Part shown: piece after piece, positions 8,875 through 20,632 of the stretch
How the letters are laid out: each line of letters starts with the position of its first letter
Numbering within the stretch: position 1 is the stretch's first letter
Assembly: GCA_041584755.1 (NCBI GenBank)
Contig: JBFHDK010000003.1
Location: forward strand, 12,073-76,072
DNA: 64,000 nucleotides
Direction of reading: 5' to 3'
Source of the DNA: Porticoccaceae bacterium
GTDB lineage: Bacteria > Pseudomonadota > Gammaproteobacteria > Pseudomonadales > Porticoccaceae
Position numbers and translations under genes: made by a program
Notes under the pieces: generated by a model
The model's database searches: none
What the model was told of the DNA's origin: nothing
Seen by the model: the letters and a program-made list of their open reading frames with translations, nothing else

Positions 8875-11800
8875 ATGCTGATCCTGCGCGGCGCCCCGGC
8901 GTTATCCGCTTTCCGTAAGTCCAGAATACTCACCACTCTGCGGGCAGAAGCCCCCCATATCCACGACATTTACGCAGAATACGTGCACTTTGTCGACTTG
9001 GTCGCGAGCCTGTCCGAAGCCGATCATGGGACCCTGGAGGCCTTGCTACAGTACGGGCCTTCGGCGCTACCCTGTGATCCCACGGGACAGTCATTACTGG
9101 TCGTGCCTCGCCCCGGCACCCTCTCGCCCTGGTCCAGCAAGGCCACGGATATTATCCATAACGTCGGCCTGAGCGGCGTTAGACGTATTGAACGGGGAAT
9201 CGTCTATTACCTGAGCAGCGACACCTCGCTTACTGAAAGTGAGCTTGTATTGGCAGCCGCCTGTCTCCATGACCGCATGGTGGAAACAGTGCTGGACAGT
9301 TACGAGCAGGCCGAGCGCTTATTTGCCACCTATGAGCCGAAACCCCTGAGTTTGGTGGATGTACTGAACGGTGGCCGAAATGCTCTGGTGCTGGCCAATG
9401 TCGAGCTGGGTCTGGCCCTGGCTGAGGATGAGATCGACTATCTGCTGGACAATTTTGCCGCATTGCAACGCAATCCCACCGATGTTGAGTTGATGATGTT
9501 CGCCCAGGCCAACTCCGAGCACTGCCGGCACAAAATTTTCAATGCTAGCTGGAGCATTGATGGGCGTGAACAGCCCCGTTCCCTGTTTGACATGATTAAA
9601 AACACCAAAGCCTGCAGTGGGGAAGGCATCCTGTCAGCCTATGCAGATAACGCGGCGGTGATAGAAGGGCACACCGGCGGGCGTTTTTTCCCCTCGCCCA
9701 GCGAGGGCGTCTATGGCTACGCCGAAGAACCGGTCCACCTGCTGATGAAAGTGGAAACCCATAACCACCCAACGGCTATTGCGCCTTTTCCTGGGGCGGG
9801 GACTGGCTCCGGGGGTGAAATTCGTGATGAAGGCGCGGTGGGTCGGGGTTCCAAACCCAAGGCTGGCTTGACCGGATTCAGCGTCAGTCATTTGCGTATC
9901 CCCGATTACATCCAGCCCTGGGAGGATGACTACGGCAAGCCGGATCGTATCGTCTCGGCCCTGGATATTATGCTGGAGGGCCCCATCGGCGGCGCGGCTT
10001 TCAATAACGAGTATGGCCGGCCCAACCTCTGCGGTTATTTCCGCAGTTTCGAGCTGGATTTTGATGGTCAGCGGCGTGGCTATCACAAGCCCATCATGAT
10101 TGCCGGCGGTTACGGCAATATTCGCGCTGGGGACGTGGACAAGCCGGAATTCGAACCGGGCCATCAACTGGTGGTGCTGGGCGGTCCGGCCATGCTGATT
10201 GGCCTGGGTGGTGGCGCGGCCTCGTCCATGGCCTCGGGCGCCAGCAGTGAAGATCTGGATTTTGCCTCCGTGCAGAGGCAGAACCCGGAAATTGAGCGCC
10301 GCTGTCAGGAAGTTATCGACGCCTGCTGGCAGCTGGGTGAGTACAACCCCATCGCTTTTATCCACGATGTCGGCGCTGGTGGTCTGTCCAATGCTTTCCC
10401 CGAGCTGGTAAAGGATGGCGGCTGCGGCGGCGCCTTTGAATTGCGCAAGGTGCCCAATGCTGAGCCGGGTATGTCACCCCTGGAAATCTGGTGTAACGAG
10501 GCGCAGGAGCGTTATGTGTTGGCCGTTGCCCCGGAAAACCTGGCCCGCTTTGAGGCTATCTGCGATCGGGAGCGCTGTCCCTATGCGGTGGTGGGCGAAT
10601 CGACCGATGAAAAACGTATCCGCCTTGGCGATAGTGATTTCGCCAACCAGCCGATCGACCTGCCCATGTCCGTACTATTTGGCAAGCCGCCAAAAATGCA
10701 TCGCGATGTCACCAGCAAGGCCGCCCGGGCCGATGAATTTTCCTTTGCTGGTGTCTCTCTTGAGCAGGCCGCGGAACAGGTGCTGCGTCACCCAACTGTC
10801 GCCAGCAAGAGTTTTCTAATCACTATTGGCGATCGCTCTATTACCGGCATGGTGGCCAGGGACCAGATGGTCGGCCCCTGGCAGGTGCCGGTTGCCGATT
10901 ATGGAATGACCACTACCACCTACGATAGTTACACCGGTGAAGTTATGGCCATGGGCGAGCGCACGCCGCTGGCTTTGGTCGACGGCCCTGCCTCCGGGCG
11001 TATGGCAATTGGCGAGGCCATTACCAACATCGCTGGCGCCGGGGTCGAGGAGCTTGGCGATATCAAGCTGTCCGCCAACTGGATGTGCGCGGCCGGTCAT
11101 GCGGGTGAGGACGAGAAGCTCTATCGTACTGTCGAAGCCGTGGGCATGGATCTGTGCCCCGAACTGGGTATCGCCATTCCGGTGGGCAAGGATTCCATGT
11201 CCATGCGCACCCAGTGGCGACAGGACCGTCACGACAAAGCCGTCACCGCGCCCCTTTCACTGGTGATTTCCGCCTTTGCGCCAGTGCCGGATGTGCGCTG
11301 GGCGTTGACACCTCAGTTGCGAACCGATGGCGATTTTATAAAAAACAGCCAGCTGATTCTGGTGGATCTGGGTAGGGGCAAGGATCGTCTCGGTGGTTCG
11401 GTGCTGGCGCAGACTTATCAGCAATTTGGCGGGGCGGTGCCGGATCTGGACCAACCGTCCCTGCTGAAAGGCTTTTTTGATGCCCTGAAAGATTGCATTG
11501 CCAATGCCTGGGTATTGGCCTATCACGACCGATCCGATGGTGGCTTGTTCACCACACTGGCGGAAATGAGCTTTGCCGGACGGGTGGGTCTCGATATTAC
11601 TGTGTCTGAAAGTTCCGGTGATGACGGCGCGCTAATTGCTCGATTGTTCAGTGAAGAGCTGGGCGCCGTACTGCAAGTGGCGGATGAGCACGTCGAATCC
11701 GTGTTGGCTACGTTTGCCGACCATGAACTGGAAGCTTGCCTGTCTGGCATCGGCCGACTTAACCACCGGGATAGTGTGCAAATTACGCGTGGCGATACGG

Positions 11801-12768
11801 TGGTCTTTGAGCAACCCCGCGCCCGTATGCAGCAGACCTGGGCCGAGACCAGTTACCGGATGCAGGCATTGCGGGATAATCCCGATTGCGCCCGGCAGGA
11901 GTACGAGAGTATTGCCGAGGATGATCCGGGTCTCAACGCCAGACTGACTTTTGATGTTAGCGAGGATGTCGCCGCGGCTTTTATCAATACCGGTGTGCGT
12001 CCCCGCCTGGCGGTGTTACGAGAGCAGGGCGTGAACGGGCAGATGGAAATGGCGGCGGCTTTTGATCGGGCTGGTTTTGCCGCTGTCGATGTGCATATGA
12101 GCGATCTGGTAGCAGGCCGGACTGATTTGTCAGGCTTCCAGGGTCTGGTGGCATGCGGCGGATTTTCCTATGGCGATGTGCTTGGCGCCGGGGAGGGTTG
12201 GGCCAAGACTATCCTTTACAATGCTGGACTAAAGGATATGTTCAGCGCCTATTTTGAGCGTCCGGACACCTTTACCCTGGGCGTATGCAACGGCTGCCAG
12301 ATGCTCTCCAGTCTGAAAACACTGATTCCCGGCGCCGAGGCCTGGCCCCGTTTTGTGCGTAATACTTCCGAGCAGTTCGAGGCGCGGGTGGCCTTGATTA
12401 AAATCGAATCGTCCCCATCCGTGTTACTGGAAGGCATGGCGGGCTCATACTTACCCATTGCCGTTGCCCACGGCGAAGGGCGGGCGGAGTTTTCCGCTTC
12501 CATTGATGCTCGGGGCGAGGGAAGTGCTTTAGTGGCGCTGCGATACACAGATAATCAGCACCAGGTGACCGAAGTTTATCCTGCCAACCCCAATGGCTCG
12601 CCCAAGGGGCTGGCCGGGGTGACCAGCGATGATGGGCGGGTAACGATTATGATGCCCCATCCGGAGCGGGTGTACCGTACAGTGAGCAACTCCTGGTATC
12701 CGCGGGACTGGGGTGAAGATGGGGGTTGGATGCGCTTATTTAGAAATGCAAGGGTATATTGCCAATGA
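8875..12768 (+). CDS. purL: phosphoribosylformylglycinamidine synthase (large single-chain type)
   Basis: About 1297 aa. N-terminus [14 protein letters not shown] matches the E. coli PurL start pattern. C-terminal glutaminase GVCNGCQM...HPER. Confidence 0.95.
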   Translation: MLILRGAPALSAFRKSRILTTLRAEAPHIHDIYAEYVHFVDLVASLSEADHGTLEALLQYGPSALPCDPTGQSLLVVPRPGTLSPWSSKATDIIHNVGLSGVRRIERGIVYYLSSDTSLTESELVLAAACLHDRMVETVLDSYEQAERLFATYEPKPLSLVDVLNGGRNALVLANVELGLALAEDEIDYLLDNFAALQRNPTDVELMMFAQANSEHCRHKIFNASWSIDGREQPRSLFDMIKNTKACSGEGILSAYADNAAVIEGHTGGRFFPSPSEGVYGYAEEPVHLLMKVETHNHPTAIAPFPGAGTGSGGEIRDEGAVGRGSKPKAGLTGFSVSHLRIPDYIQPWEDDYGKPDRIVSALDIMLEGPIGGAAFNNEYGRPNLCGYFRSFELDFDGQRRGYHKPIMIAGGYGNIRAGDVDKPEFEPGHQLVVLGGPAMLIGLGGGAASSMASGASSEDLDFASVQRQNPEIERRCQEVIDACWQLGEYNPIAFIHDVGAGGLSNAFPELVKDGGCGGAFELRKVPNAEPGMSPLEIWCNEAQERYVLAVAPENLARFEAICDRERCPYAVVGESTDEKRIRLGDSDFANQPIDLPMSVLFGKPPKMHRDVTSKAARADEFSFAGVSLEQAAEQVLRHPTVASKSFLITIGDRSITGMVARDQMVGPWQVPVADYGMTTTTYDSYTGEVMAMGERTPLALVDGPASGRMAIGEAITNIAGAGVEELGDIKLSANWMCAAGHAGEDEKLYRTVEAVGMDLCPELGIAIPVGKDSMSMRTQWRQDRHDKAVTAPLSLVISAFAPVPDVRWALTPQLRTDGDFIKNSQLILVDLGRGKDRLGGSVLAQTYQQFGGAVPDLDQPSLLKGFFDALKDCIANAWVLAYHDRSDGGLFTTLAEMSFAGRVGLDITVSESSGDDGALIARLFSEELGAVLQVADEHVESVLATFADHELEACLSGIGRLNHRDSVQITRGDTVVFEQPRARMQQTWAETSYRMQALRDNPDCARQEYESIAEDDPGLNARLTFDVSEDVAAAFINTGVRPRLAVLREQGVNGQMEMAAAFDRAGFAAVDVHMSDLVAGRTDLSGFQGLVACGGFSYGDVLGAGEGWAKTILYNAGLKDMFSAYFERPDTFTLGVCNGCQMLSSLKTLIPGAEAWPRFVRNTSEQFEARVALIKIESSPSVLLEGMAGSYLPIAVAHGEGRAEFSASIDARGEGSALVALRYTDNQHQVTEVYPANPNGSPKGLAGVTSDDGRVTIMMPHPERVYRTVSNSWYPRDWGEDGGWMRLFRNARVYCQ

Positions 12769-13619
12769 GTGAACTTATTGTAGAAATTAATGAACAAAAC
12801 GCGCAGCAGGTTTTGATTGAAGAATCCGCTAAGCGTCTGGTAGTGGTCGATTTTTGGGCCGACTGGTGCGCGCCTTGCAAAGCTCTGATGCCGATTCTGG
12901 AAAAGCTGGCCAATGAGTATCAGGGACAGTTTTTGTTGGCCAAAATCAATGCCGATGAACAACAGCAGATCGCCGGCCAGTTCGGCATTCGTAGCCTGCC
13001 TACTGTGATATTTATGAAAGACGGGCAGCCCATTGATGCTTTTCAGGGGGCGCTGCCGGAGACGGAAATTCGCGCCAAACTGGAACAACATCTACCCAGC
13101 CCCTGGGATGCCTTGCTCGCTGAGGTGCAACAGAAACTGGCCGCCGGTGAGTTTGAAAGCGCCCTGGAAGATCTGCGTCCGGCTTACGAAGGCTCCGAGC
13201 GGCGCTACGATGTCGCCATGTCACTGGCTTATACCCTGATGCAGTTGAACCGTTGTGATGAATCACAATCGATACTCGACGCCATTCCCCTGGCGGATCG
13301 CACCCCGGAGTACGAGCAGATGCTGGCGCAGCTGGAACTCAAACGGGAGGCCAGTAAAACCCCGGAAATCCAGGCACTTGAAGATCAGCTCAATCAGGAT
13401 CCGGACAATCTCGAACTGGCCTACGAGCTGGCGGTGCAATTCAGCCAGAGTAATCATTTCAAGGAATCCCTGGCGCTGCTGTTTGACATCCTGAAACAGG
13501 ACAGGGAGTTTCGCGATGGCGGCGCCCGCAAAGCCTTTCTCGATGTGCTGGCGGCGCTGGGTAAAGGTGATCCCCTGGCAGTCGAATATCAGCGTAAGTT
13601 CTTTAATCTACTCTATTAA
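12765..13619 (+). CDS. ybbN: thioredoxin-domain/TPR co-chaperone (YbbN/CnoX family)
   Basis: ATG overlaps the purL TGA (ATGA). Thioredoxin fold with intact WCAPC, followed by a TPR-like helical C-terminal half. Confidence 0.8.
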   Translation: MSELIVEINEQNAQQVLIEESAKRLVVVDFWADWCAPCKALMPILEKLANEYQGQFLLAKINADEQQQIAGQFGIRSLPTVIFMKDGQPIDAFQGALPETEIRAKLEQHLPSPWDALLAEVQQKLAAGEFESALEDLRPAYEGSERRYDVAMSLAYTLMQLNRCDESQSILDAIPLADRTPEYEQMLAQLELKREASKTPEIQALEDQLNQDPDNLELAYELAVQFSQSNHFKESLALLFDILKQDREFRDGGARKAFLDVLAALGKGDPLAVEYQRKFFNLLY

Positions 13620-13622
13620 GTT

Positions 13623-13934
13623 TTGTATAAACTCTGTTTTTACGTCCCGGAAAGTCATCTTGAGGCAGTAAAGCTGGCGTTGTTCGATGCCGGTGCGGGA
13701 CGCCAGGGGGATTATGATCAATGCTGCTGGCAGAACCTGGGCGAAGGGCAGTTTCGCCCTCTGGCTGGTAGCAAACCTTATTTGGGGCAGGCGCACCGGC
13801 TAAGTCGCGTTCCGGAATACAAAGTTGAAATGTTGTGCGAGGAAAAAATAATAGAAAAGGTCCTCGCTGCGCTTAGAAAAAGCCATCCCTACGAAGAGCC
13901 AGCCTACGATGTTATAAGGCTAGAAAGTATCTGA
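13623..13934 (+). CDS. YqfO/NIF3-related small protein (103 aa)
   Basis: TTG start. MYKLCFYVPESHLEAVK...GDYD.C.W...G.GQFRP...SHPYEEPAYDV pattern recalled from small YqfO-family proteins. Recognition is from memory only. Confidence 0.5.
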   Translation: MYKLCFYVPESHLEAVKLALFDAGAGRQGDYDQCCWQNLGEGQFRPLAGSKPYLGQAHRLSRVPEYKVEMLCEEKIIEKVLAALRKSHPYEEPAYDVIRLESI

Positions 13935-14036
13935 TTCCGGGCACCAGTTGTTCGGTGGCCTTGTCTCTGACCTATTTTCAACCTTCTGTCATACATTTTA
14001 ATTTATTTGATATAGAACAAAACTTCGCTTATGTGA

Positions 14037-14064
14037 TTGGAAAATTGCGTTTTTGTCCCCATTG
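14037..14064 (+). promoter_or_regulatory. sigma-32 (heat-shock) type promoter of clpB
   Basis: TTGGAAA (14037-14043), 13-nt spacer, CCCCATTG (14057-14064), against consensus CTTGAAA-N13/14-CCCCATNT. Lies 37 nt upstream of the clpB ATG. Confidence 0.6.
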
Positions 14065-14100
14065 AGTAGTTCATGGTGTGTCTATTAACGTGAGGCCTCG

Positions 14101-16692
14101 ATGCGACAGGAACGCTTAACTAATCAATTACAAAACAACCTGGCTGACGCCCAATCCCTGGCTGTTGGTCGTGATCATACGGCGATTGAGCCAGTTCACC
14201 TGATGGTGGCGATGTTGCAACAACAGGGCGGCAGCGTGGGGCCTATGTTGCGTCAGGCGGGCTTTGATCTTGCCGGTTTGCAACAAAACCTTGATCAAAA
14301 GCTCGTCGCGTTAGCGACACTAACGACGGCAACCGGGGATATCAATATTTCCCAGGCCTTGGGCCGATTACTCAATCTGGCGGATAAAAAAGCCCAGCAG
14401 CAGGGTGACCAGTTTATATCCAGTGAAACGGTACTGCTGGCGGCCTTTGAAAACAACGATGATCTGGCTGCGATACTGAATAAAGCTGGCAATAAGCAGG
14501 CCCTGGAACAAGTAGTGGCCCAGGTGCGCGGGGGCGAATCGGTGGACAATCCCGATGCCGAGGAAAACCGTCAGGCCCTGGATAAGTACACCATTGATCT
14601 CACCGAGCGGGCCGAGCAGGGCAAGCTGGACCCGGTTATCGGCCGCGATGATGAAATCCGCCGGACCGTGCAGGTACTACAGCGCCGCACCAAAAATAAC
14701 CCGGTGTTGATCGGCGAGCCCGGTGTCGGCAAGACCGCCATCGTCGAAGGTCTGGCACAGCGCATTATCAATGGCGAGGTGCCTGAAAGCCTCAAGGATA
14801 AACGAGTCTTGTCCCTGGATATGGGCAGTCTCCTGGCCGGCGCCAAATTTCGCGGTGAATTTGAAGAGCGTCTGAAGGCAGTGCTGAACGAGCTGGCCAA
14901 GCAAGAGGGGCGAATTATCCTGTTTATTGATGAACTCCATACCATGGTCGGCGCCGGTAAGGCCGAGGGAGCCATGGATGCGGGCAATATGCTCAAGCCT
15001 GCTTTAGCTCGCGGCGAGCTGCACTGCGTGGGCGCCACCACGCTGGATGAATACCGCCAGTATATTGAGAAGGATGCCGCTCTGGAGCGGCGCTTCCAGA
15101 AGGTGCTGGTGGACGAACCCAATGAAGAAGACACCATCGCTATTTTGCGTGGCCTGAAAGAGCGCTACGAAGTCCACCACGGTGTGGACATTACTGACTC
15201 GGCCATTATCGCCGCGACCAAACTGTCCCAGCGCTATATCACTGACCGCCAGTTGCCGGATAAGGCCATCGATTTGATTGATGAGTCCGCCAGCCGTATT
15301 CGCATGGAAATTGATTCGAAGCCGGAATCGATGGATAAACTGGAGCGTCGTTTGATCCAGCTAAAAATCGAGCGGGAGGCGGTAAAAAAAGACAAGGATG
15401 CGGATGAAGCTTCGCGCAAACGCCTGGCAAAGTTAGAGCAGGATATAGATGAGATAGAGCGTCAGTATGCGGATCTGGAAGAGGTCTGGAAGGCGGAAAA
15501 AATTGCTTTGAAAGGTTCGGCCCAGGTTAAAAGCGACCTGGAACAGGCACGTATGGACCTGGAAGCCGCCCGTCGGGCCGGCGATCTCGAACGAATGTCT
15601 GAATTGCAGTACGGCGTAATTCCTGGTCTGGAAGGCCAACTGGCCTCCGCCAGTGAAGCGGAGAGTGGTGCCGAGCCCAAAGCAAAGCAACTGCTGCGCA
15701 ACAACGTGACAGAGGAAGAAATCGCCGAGGTAGTGTCAAAGTGGACGGGTATTCCCGTCTCAAAAATGCTCGAAGGCGAGCGCGATAAATTATTGCGTAT
15801 GGAAGAAGCCTTGCACGAGCGGGTGATCGGTCAGGACGAGGCTGTGGTGGCCGTGGCCAACGCGGTAAGGCGGTCCCGGGCCGGACTGTCCGATCCGGGC
15901 AAACCCAATGGCTCTTTCCTGTTTCTCGGTCCCACCGGCGTGGGTAAGACCGAACTTTGTAAATCCCTGGCCAATTTCCTGTTCGACAGCGACGACGCCA
16001 TGGTGCGCATCGATATGTCGGAGTTCATGGAAAAACATTCCGTGGCGCGCCTGGTTGGCGCGCCTCCGGGTTATGTTGGCTACGAGGAGGGCGGTTACCT
16101 GACCGAGGCGGTGCGCCGCCGTCCCTATTCCGTATTGTTGCTGGATGAAGTGGAAAAGGCCCACCCCGATGTTTTTAATATCCTGCTGCAGGTGCTGGAT
16201 GATGGTCGGCTTACGGACGGACAGGGGCGCACCGTGGATTTTCGTAATACGGTGGTGGTGATGACCTCGAATCTGGGTTCGGACATCATCCAGAGTTTGG
16301 CTGGTGCAGAAAACTATGAGGCCATGAAGCGTGCGGTGATGGAAGTTGTGGGTACCCATTTCCGACCGGAATTTATTAACCGGGTGGATGAGGTGGTGGT
16401 ATTCCATCCCCTGCTTAAGGAACAGATATCTGGTATTGCGCGGATTCAGCTTGAGCTTTTGAAAAATCGTTTGGCGGAGCGCGAACTTGGTTTCGAGGTG
16501 GATGAGGCCGCCCTGGGACTCATTTGCGATGCGGGTTATGACCCGGTGTACGGGGCGCGACCACTCAAACGCGCGATCCAGAATCTGTTGGAAAATCCGC
16601 TGGCTCAGGCGGTGTTGGCGGGCGAATTCAGTCCTGGAGAAGCCATTAAGGTCAGCCGTGAGGGCGATAAACTCGCTTTTACGGCTGGTTGA
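14101..16692 (+). CDS. clpB: ATP-dependent chaperone ClpB
   Basis: 863 aa. Two AAA+ modules ([16 protein letters not shown]), a long coiled-coil middle domain, and an N-terminus like E. coli ClpB. Confidence 0.95.
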   Translation: MRQERLTNQLQNNLADAQSLAVGRDHTAIEPVHLMVAMLQQQGGSVGPMLRQAGFDLAGLQQNLDQKLVALATLTTATGDINISQALGRLLNLADKKAQQQGDQFISSETVLLAAFENNDDLAAILNKAGNKQALEQVVAQVRGGESVDNPDAEENRQALDKYTIDLTERAEQGKLDPVIGRDDEIRRTVQVLQRRTKNNPVLIGEPGVGKTAIVEGLAQRIINGEVPESLKDKRVLSLDMGSLLAGAKFRGEFEERLKAVLNELAKQEGRIILFIDELHTMVGAGKAEGAMDAGNMLKPALARGELHCVGATTLDEYRQYIEKDAALERRFQKVLVDEPNEEDTIAILRGLKERYEVHHGVDITDSAIIAATKLSQRYITDRQLPDKAIDLIDESASRIRMEIDSKPESMDKLERRLIQLKIEREAVKKDKDADEASRKRLAKLEQDIDEIERQYADLEEVWKAEKIALKGSAQVKSDLEQARMDLEAARRAGDLERMSELQYGVIPGLEGQLASASEAESGAEPKAKQLLRNNVTEEEIAEVVSKWTGIPVSKMLEGERDKLLRMEEALHERVIGQDEAVVAVANAVRRSRAGLSDPGKPNGSFLFLGPTGVGKTELCKSLANFLFDSDDAMVRIDMSEFMEKHSVARLVGAPPGYVGYEEGGYLTEAVRRRPYSVLLLDEVEKAHPDVFNILLQVLDDGRLTDGQGRTVDFRNTVVVMTSNLGSDIIQSLAGAENYEAMKRAVMEVVGTHFRPEFINRVDEVVVFHPLLKEQISGIARIQLELLKNRLAERELGFEVDEAALGLICDAGYDPVYGARPLKRAIQNLLENPLAQAVLAGEFSPGEAIKVSREGDKLAFTAG

Positions 16693-16703
16693 GCGGCGCT
16701 TGG

Positions 16704-19619
16704 TTAGCTTGCGGGCTTTAGTTTTTCGAGACCCTGGCAAAACCGCTGTGCCCACTCTGTTGTTGGGCGCAACGCAATAAATCGGTTGGTAATGTCGATG
16801 ACAGTAGGCTGATCCTGAACCAGTTTACTACCGGGGCTTGTTACCAAGCGTTGCATTTGCAGTTCCATACGGGACTGTTTGTCTTGATCGGGTGATTCCA
16901 GATCCGCCGCAATTTCCAGACTGATGCAGACTTTGCGAAAAGCGTCTTCCGGTGTCATTGCGGCGCCTTCCCGCCAGTAAGTTTCCAGGGCTTGAGGGTC
17001 GATGCCCGCAGGTAGCTCGTCGGGCGTTTGCCACAATTCAGTAGCCTTTTCTTGATCGCTGGCTCGTAGCGAGCATGCCTGTATTTTGTTGGTCAGACTA
17101 CGCCATCGGGCTTTTTCCTGATTGCCGCGAAATGCGGTAATGATTTGTTCAGCGTTTGTTTCCAGTTCCAAAAATTGCTGGCGCAGACGCCCCTGGACTT
17201 TTGAGGGTAATTCAATGGCGTTGAATTCACCGGTCTGTTGCCGAATGTCGGTTAATAACTGCGCGGACCGCTCTCCATCAAAAGCGTTGAGCGTATTGCG
17301 TGCCTGCATGAGCAAGGCTTCCGCCTGCTGGATTTTTCCATCTATTTCAGCGCGCCGTTGATTTTTCTGATCTTCAAGGCGTTTAAAAACGCCATCGCAG
17401 GCCTTGCGAAAAGATTGCCAGAGTTTGCGATCGACGCTTTTCGGCGTCAGACCAACGGTTTTCCATTGCGCTTGAAGGTGCTTGGCCTGCTCGATGGCAT
17501 GATCCAGATCAGCCTCGCTAATCAGTGAGTCTGCCTGGTCTATCAGCTGTTCCTTGGCGTCAATATTGCGCTGGTATTCAGCTTTTAGGTGACCATAGAT
17601 CCGGTCGCAAATTTTGTGCAGCGCGCGCCGGCTTTTTTGGTCGTCGGCCTTGTTTACGGGTGACAGTTCGTTAAACGCGGCGCGTGCCGCGTCCAGGGTT
17701 TGTTGTACCAGTGGCCAATCGGGCGTGGCTCCCGGCATCTCATTTGGTTTTGTAGATCCAGAGCCCACTGTTACTGACGTCAGTTCGCCGTCTAGTTCCC
17801 GGGAGGACGCTTGATTGTCGGCGTAAGCGTCTGGCCAGGCGATGGATTGCTCGTAATCCCTCAATTGCGATACCAAATCCATACGCAGCCTATAGTTGGC
17901 TTTTCTAACGTCGGCTTGCTGCGCAAGGGCTTCGGCACAAGGTTCCCAGGCGCGATCTGACGCGACCTTGAATTGATCCCACAGGCTTTGTTCGCGACGC
18001 TTGTCGGGCAGTGAACCCAGTTGTTTCCACTGGTTTTGCAGGTTCTGAATTTGGCCTGCAAGCTCCTCGGGGTCGAGGCTGGAGTCGCACAGGGCTTCCA
18101 TTTGTTGGCACAAACCCAGTTTTTTCGGCTCCAGGGCAAAACCTTTCCAGTCTTTAATTTCCTGTAGACGGGCGTTGAGGCTGGTCAGCCGTTCTTCCGA
18201 ATTGCCCCGCTGAATTGGGTCTATGGCCTTGAGGCTTTGCCGTATGCGATTGTAGGCGTTTTCCGCTTTTTTAATGGTGTTGGCTTCCAGTGCTGCTTCC
18301 AATTCATCGAGTTGTAATGACAATTGGGCGAGAAACTGCTTCTTCTGGCTGCGAAGCCGTTCGATGGTCTGTTTTAGTTGTTCATTTTGTTTGCTGAGCT
18401 GTTGTAATTGTTGCGGTTGCCGCGGTGTTTCGGTTTCAGGCCAGGGCAGTTTTTTCAATATGTCGGCGCCTGACCTCTCCAGCTGTTGTAAACGAACATA
18501 GTTTTTTACATCCACGGTCCTGGCTTCGGCCAGCCATTTATCTATTTCGGCTCGGGATTCAGATAATTGTTTCAGGGTGCTGATTACCCGGCGCCACTGT
18601 CCGGAAAGACTTTGATAGCGTTTCACCTGATCGTTTGTTGGGCTGGTCGCTTGGTTGGCGTTCTGCCAGCGGCGACTGTTTTCCTCCAGTAAGGCAGTTA
18701 GCAGGTCTACACTGGATTCCGCATTACGTGCGGCGTCGGGGACATCCAGTTGCTCGAGTTCCAGGATCAGGGTGGAAAATAATTTTTCAGCAGCATTGAT
18801 TTCCTGCTGATGTCGTTGTTCCATTGCCCCGGTTTTAGCCAGGTTGGCCAGATGATCAGCGCCAATGGCCATAAAGTCCTGGAACTGGGTTTGCTGTATA
18901 TCGCTCGCCGAGGCGCCAAAAGCCTGCCATTGCTGCTCAAGCCCGAGATAACGGTTGCGGTAATCGGGTGCATCTTTATTAAGACTAAGCTGGCGGGCAG
19001 CATCTATCAGATGGGTGATTCTTTTCTCTTGCTGTTCCCGGTGTTTTTCCTCGGCATCCCGTTGCTCTAGCTGTGATTTGCAGTAACGGTAGATGGTTTT
19101 GTCCTTCCCGCGGCTGGCGTCGGCCAGTTGTTTAAGCAACGTGCTCTGGTCTATACCTCTCGCCGCTAACATTCTGATTTTGGCTGATTCATGGGTTAGG
19201 GCGATTTCCAGGCGCTGGCCTTGGTCGGAAATTCTGTCGATAGCGCTGGCGATAATTTCCGGGTCGTCACTTAAGGCGGCAATGCGCGTGAGTATGTCGA
19301 CCTGGTTGATGTTATTCATGGCTTCAGGCGCGGGTAAAAGTTGATTTAGCCGCTGCTGAATTGCCTGATTGAGTAGTTTTTTGCTTAAGTCGCCGGGCTT
19401 ATCGATCAAACCGTCGAGCGTATTGGAGTCCTCGATTCGAGCCAGAGCCAGGCTCTTGAGATCAGGCTCGGGGTCTTTGTACAGGATGTCTACCAGCTGT
19501 TGCCGATCAGTGAGCTGGCTAATGGCTTTTTTTCTGACTTCCGGGTTTTTATGTTGCCACCTGGGTTTGAAAAGAGAGCGTAGTGGCGACATAAACTTAG
19601 TTCCGTTTTTTTCCGACAA
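16704..19619 (-). CDS. DUF349 repeat protein (971 aa, coiled-coil rich)
   Basis: Repeated modules of the type QWK.(L/V)G......(K/E).LW..F+.A.D.(V/A)F, e.g. LQNQWKQLGSLPDKRREQSLWDQFKVASD and LQAQWKTVGLTPKSVDRKLWQSFRKACD. Confidence 0.7.
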   Translation of the reverse strand: MSEKNGTKFMSPLRSLFKPRWQHKNPEVRKKAISQLTDRQQLVDILYKDPEPDLKSLALARIEDSNTLDGLIDKPGDLSKKLLNQAIQQRLNQLLPAPEAMNNINQVDILTRIAALSDDPEIIASAIDRISDQGQRLEIALTHESAKIRMLAARGIDQSTLLKQLADASRGKDKTIYRYCKSQLEQRDAEEKHREQQEKRITHLIDAARQLSLNKDAPDYRNRYLGLEQQWQAFGASASDIQQTQFQDFMAIGADHLANLAKTGAMEQRHQQEINAAEKLFSTLILELEQLDVPDAARNAESSVDLLTALLEENSRRWQNANQATSPTNDQVKRYQSLSGQWRRVISTLKQLSESRAEIDKWLAEARTVDVKNYVRLQQLERSGADILKKLPWPETETPRQPQQLQQLSKQNEQLKQTIERLRSQKKQFLAQLSLQLDELEAALEANTIKKAENAYNRIRQSLKAIDPIQRGNSEERLTSLNARLQEIKDWKGFALEPKKLGLCQQMEALCDSSLDPEELAGQIQNLQNQWKQLGSLPDKRREQSLWDQFKVASDRAWEPCAEALAQQADVRKANYRLRMDLVSQLRDYEQSIAWPDAYADNQASSRELDGELTSVTVGSGSTKPNEMPGATPDWPLVQQTLDAARAAFNELSPVNKADDQKSRRALHKICDRIYGHLKAEYQRNIDAKEQLIDQADSLISEADLDHAIEQAKHLQAQWKTVGLTPKSVDRKLWQSFRKACDGVFKRLEDQKNQRRAEIDGKIQQAEALLMQARNTLNAFDGERSAQLLTDIRQQTGEFNAIELPSKVQGRLRQQFLELETNAEQIITAFRGNQEKARWRSLTNKIQACSLRASDQEKATELWQTPDELPAGIDPQALETYWREGAAMTPEDAFRKVCISLEIAADLESPDQDKQSRMELQMQRLVTSPGSKLVQDQPTVIDITNRFIALRPTTEWAQRFCQGLEKLKPAS

Positions 19620-19718
19620 AGATTGTTTTGGGGTAGTATCGGTGACGGTTATGTCGGCGTACAGAGTCAGGTTTCGCGCCTGGTTAGCTCATGTGCGCAA
19701 GGCCGGTTTCCCTTGTTT

Positions 19719-20204
19719 TTAGTCGCAGTTTTCTTCAATGCTTTTTGCGGTTTCTTCTTCCCTGGCTTTTTTCTCCTCGGGAGTCAGGTAGCGTAGCTCA
19801 CCGGTATCTGGGTCATTAATGCGAACCCTGGCGCGTGTGCGTAGAATCTCGGCATTTTTTCGCGCAATTTCACAGTTTTTCTTCCTTTGAGCCCGAATAG
19901 CCTTTTCTTTCTTTTTAGCTGCTTTTGTTTCTTCCGTGGATTTCTCGGGCTCCTTTTGGGGTTTGTTTGTTGTCTGAGCGGGAGCGGGCGGCTTGGTATT
20001 ATCCTTCTCGACTTCATCCGTCGCCGGTTTGTGCTCGCCGGTTCTTACGTCAACTGTTTCACTTTCGTTTCCCTGCGGGGCCACTGCGCCGTAGTGCGTT
20101 ACCCCGTTTTCATCCGTCCACTTATAAACCTTAGCCGCGAGCACGTCGCTGCTGAAAGCCAAGCCCAGCGCGGTCGCAAACAATATAATCATTGGTATCT
20201 TCAT
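19719..20204 (-). CDS. DUF4124-domain secreted protein
   Basis: Start at ATG 20204 (MKIPMIILFATALGLAFS signal peptide). KVYKWTDENGVTHY motif, then a Lys/Glu/Pro-rich region. Confidence 0.65.
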   Translation of the reverse strand: MKIPMIILFATALGLAFSSDVLAAKVYKWTDENGVTHYGAVAPQGNESETVDVRTGEHKPATDEVEKDNTKPPAPAQTTNKPQKEPEKSTEETKAAKKKEKAIRAQRKKNCEIARKNAEILRTRARVRINDPDTGELRYLTPEEKKAREEETAKSIEENCD

Positions 20205-20632
20205 GGTTGACGCTCCATGTGAAATCCTGGTCCCCAAATACTAGCGGCATTTCAATCCAAAATATGTGGTCGAGCCGACAGTAAGCGATTCTAAGTCAAG
20301 TTCACGACCGGATGGTAGCTGTCCGTTGACTAAAACGCGAGGAAGGTATAGTCTGCGCCTCCCGATAAGCGCGAGGGCTAGCCCTATGCGCGACAACGCT
20401 CGAAAACCGGCAGCCACCGGTTGTTTGGGCATAAACCAGATGGGCGAAAACAGCGCTCCATGGTCATCTGCAAAAAGCGGCGTTTACCCACGGCGCGAAG
20501 GGTAGTCTCTATCAAAAGTGTGTGGACTACCGATGCTCTCACAGGCGAGCCTGTTGCGATGTCTCAGCGTTGTTTGATCCCGTCACTAGATAGCCGACGC
20601 GGTAAACAGTCGGTCAAGCTGAGGTAGAACTC

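Noticed and set aside
9634-10365. 243-aa minus-strand ORF.
   Set aside because: It is antisense to purL. The same applies to the other long shadow ORFs: 20564-21208, 33713-34381, 37664-38347, 58169-58894, 60352-60966, 61734-62507 and 63060-63695.
15790-16755. 321-aa minus-strand ORF.
   Set aside because: It is antisense to the C-terminal half of clpB and has no family features.
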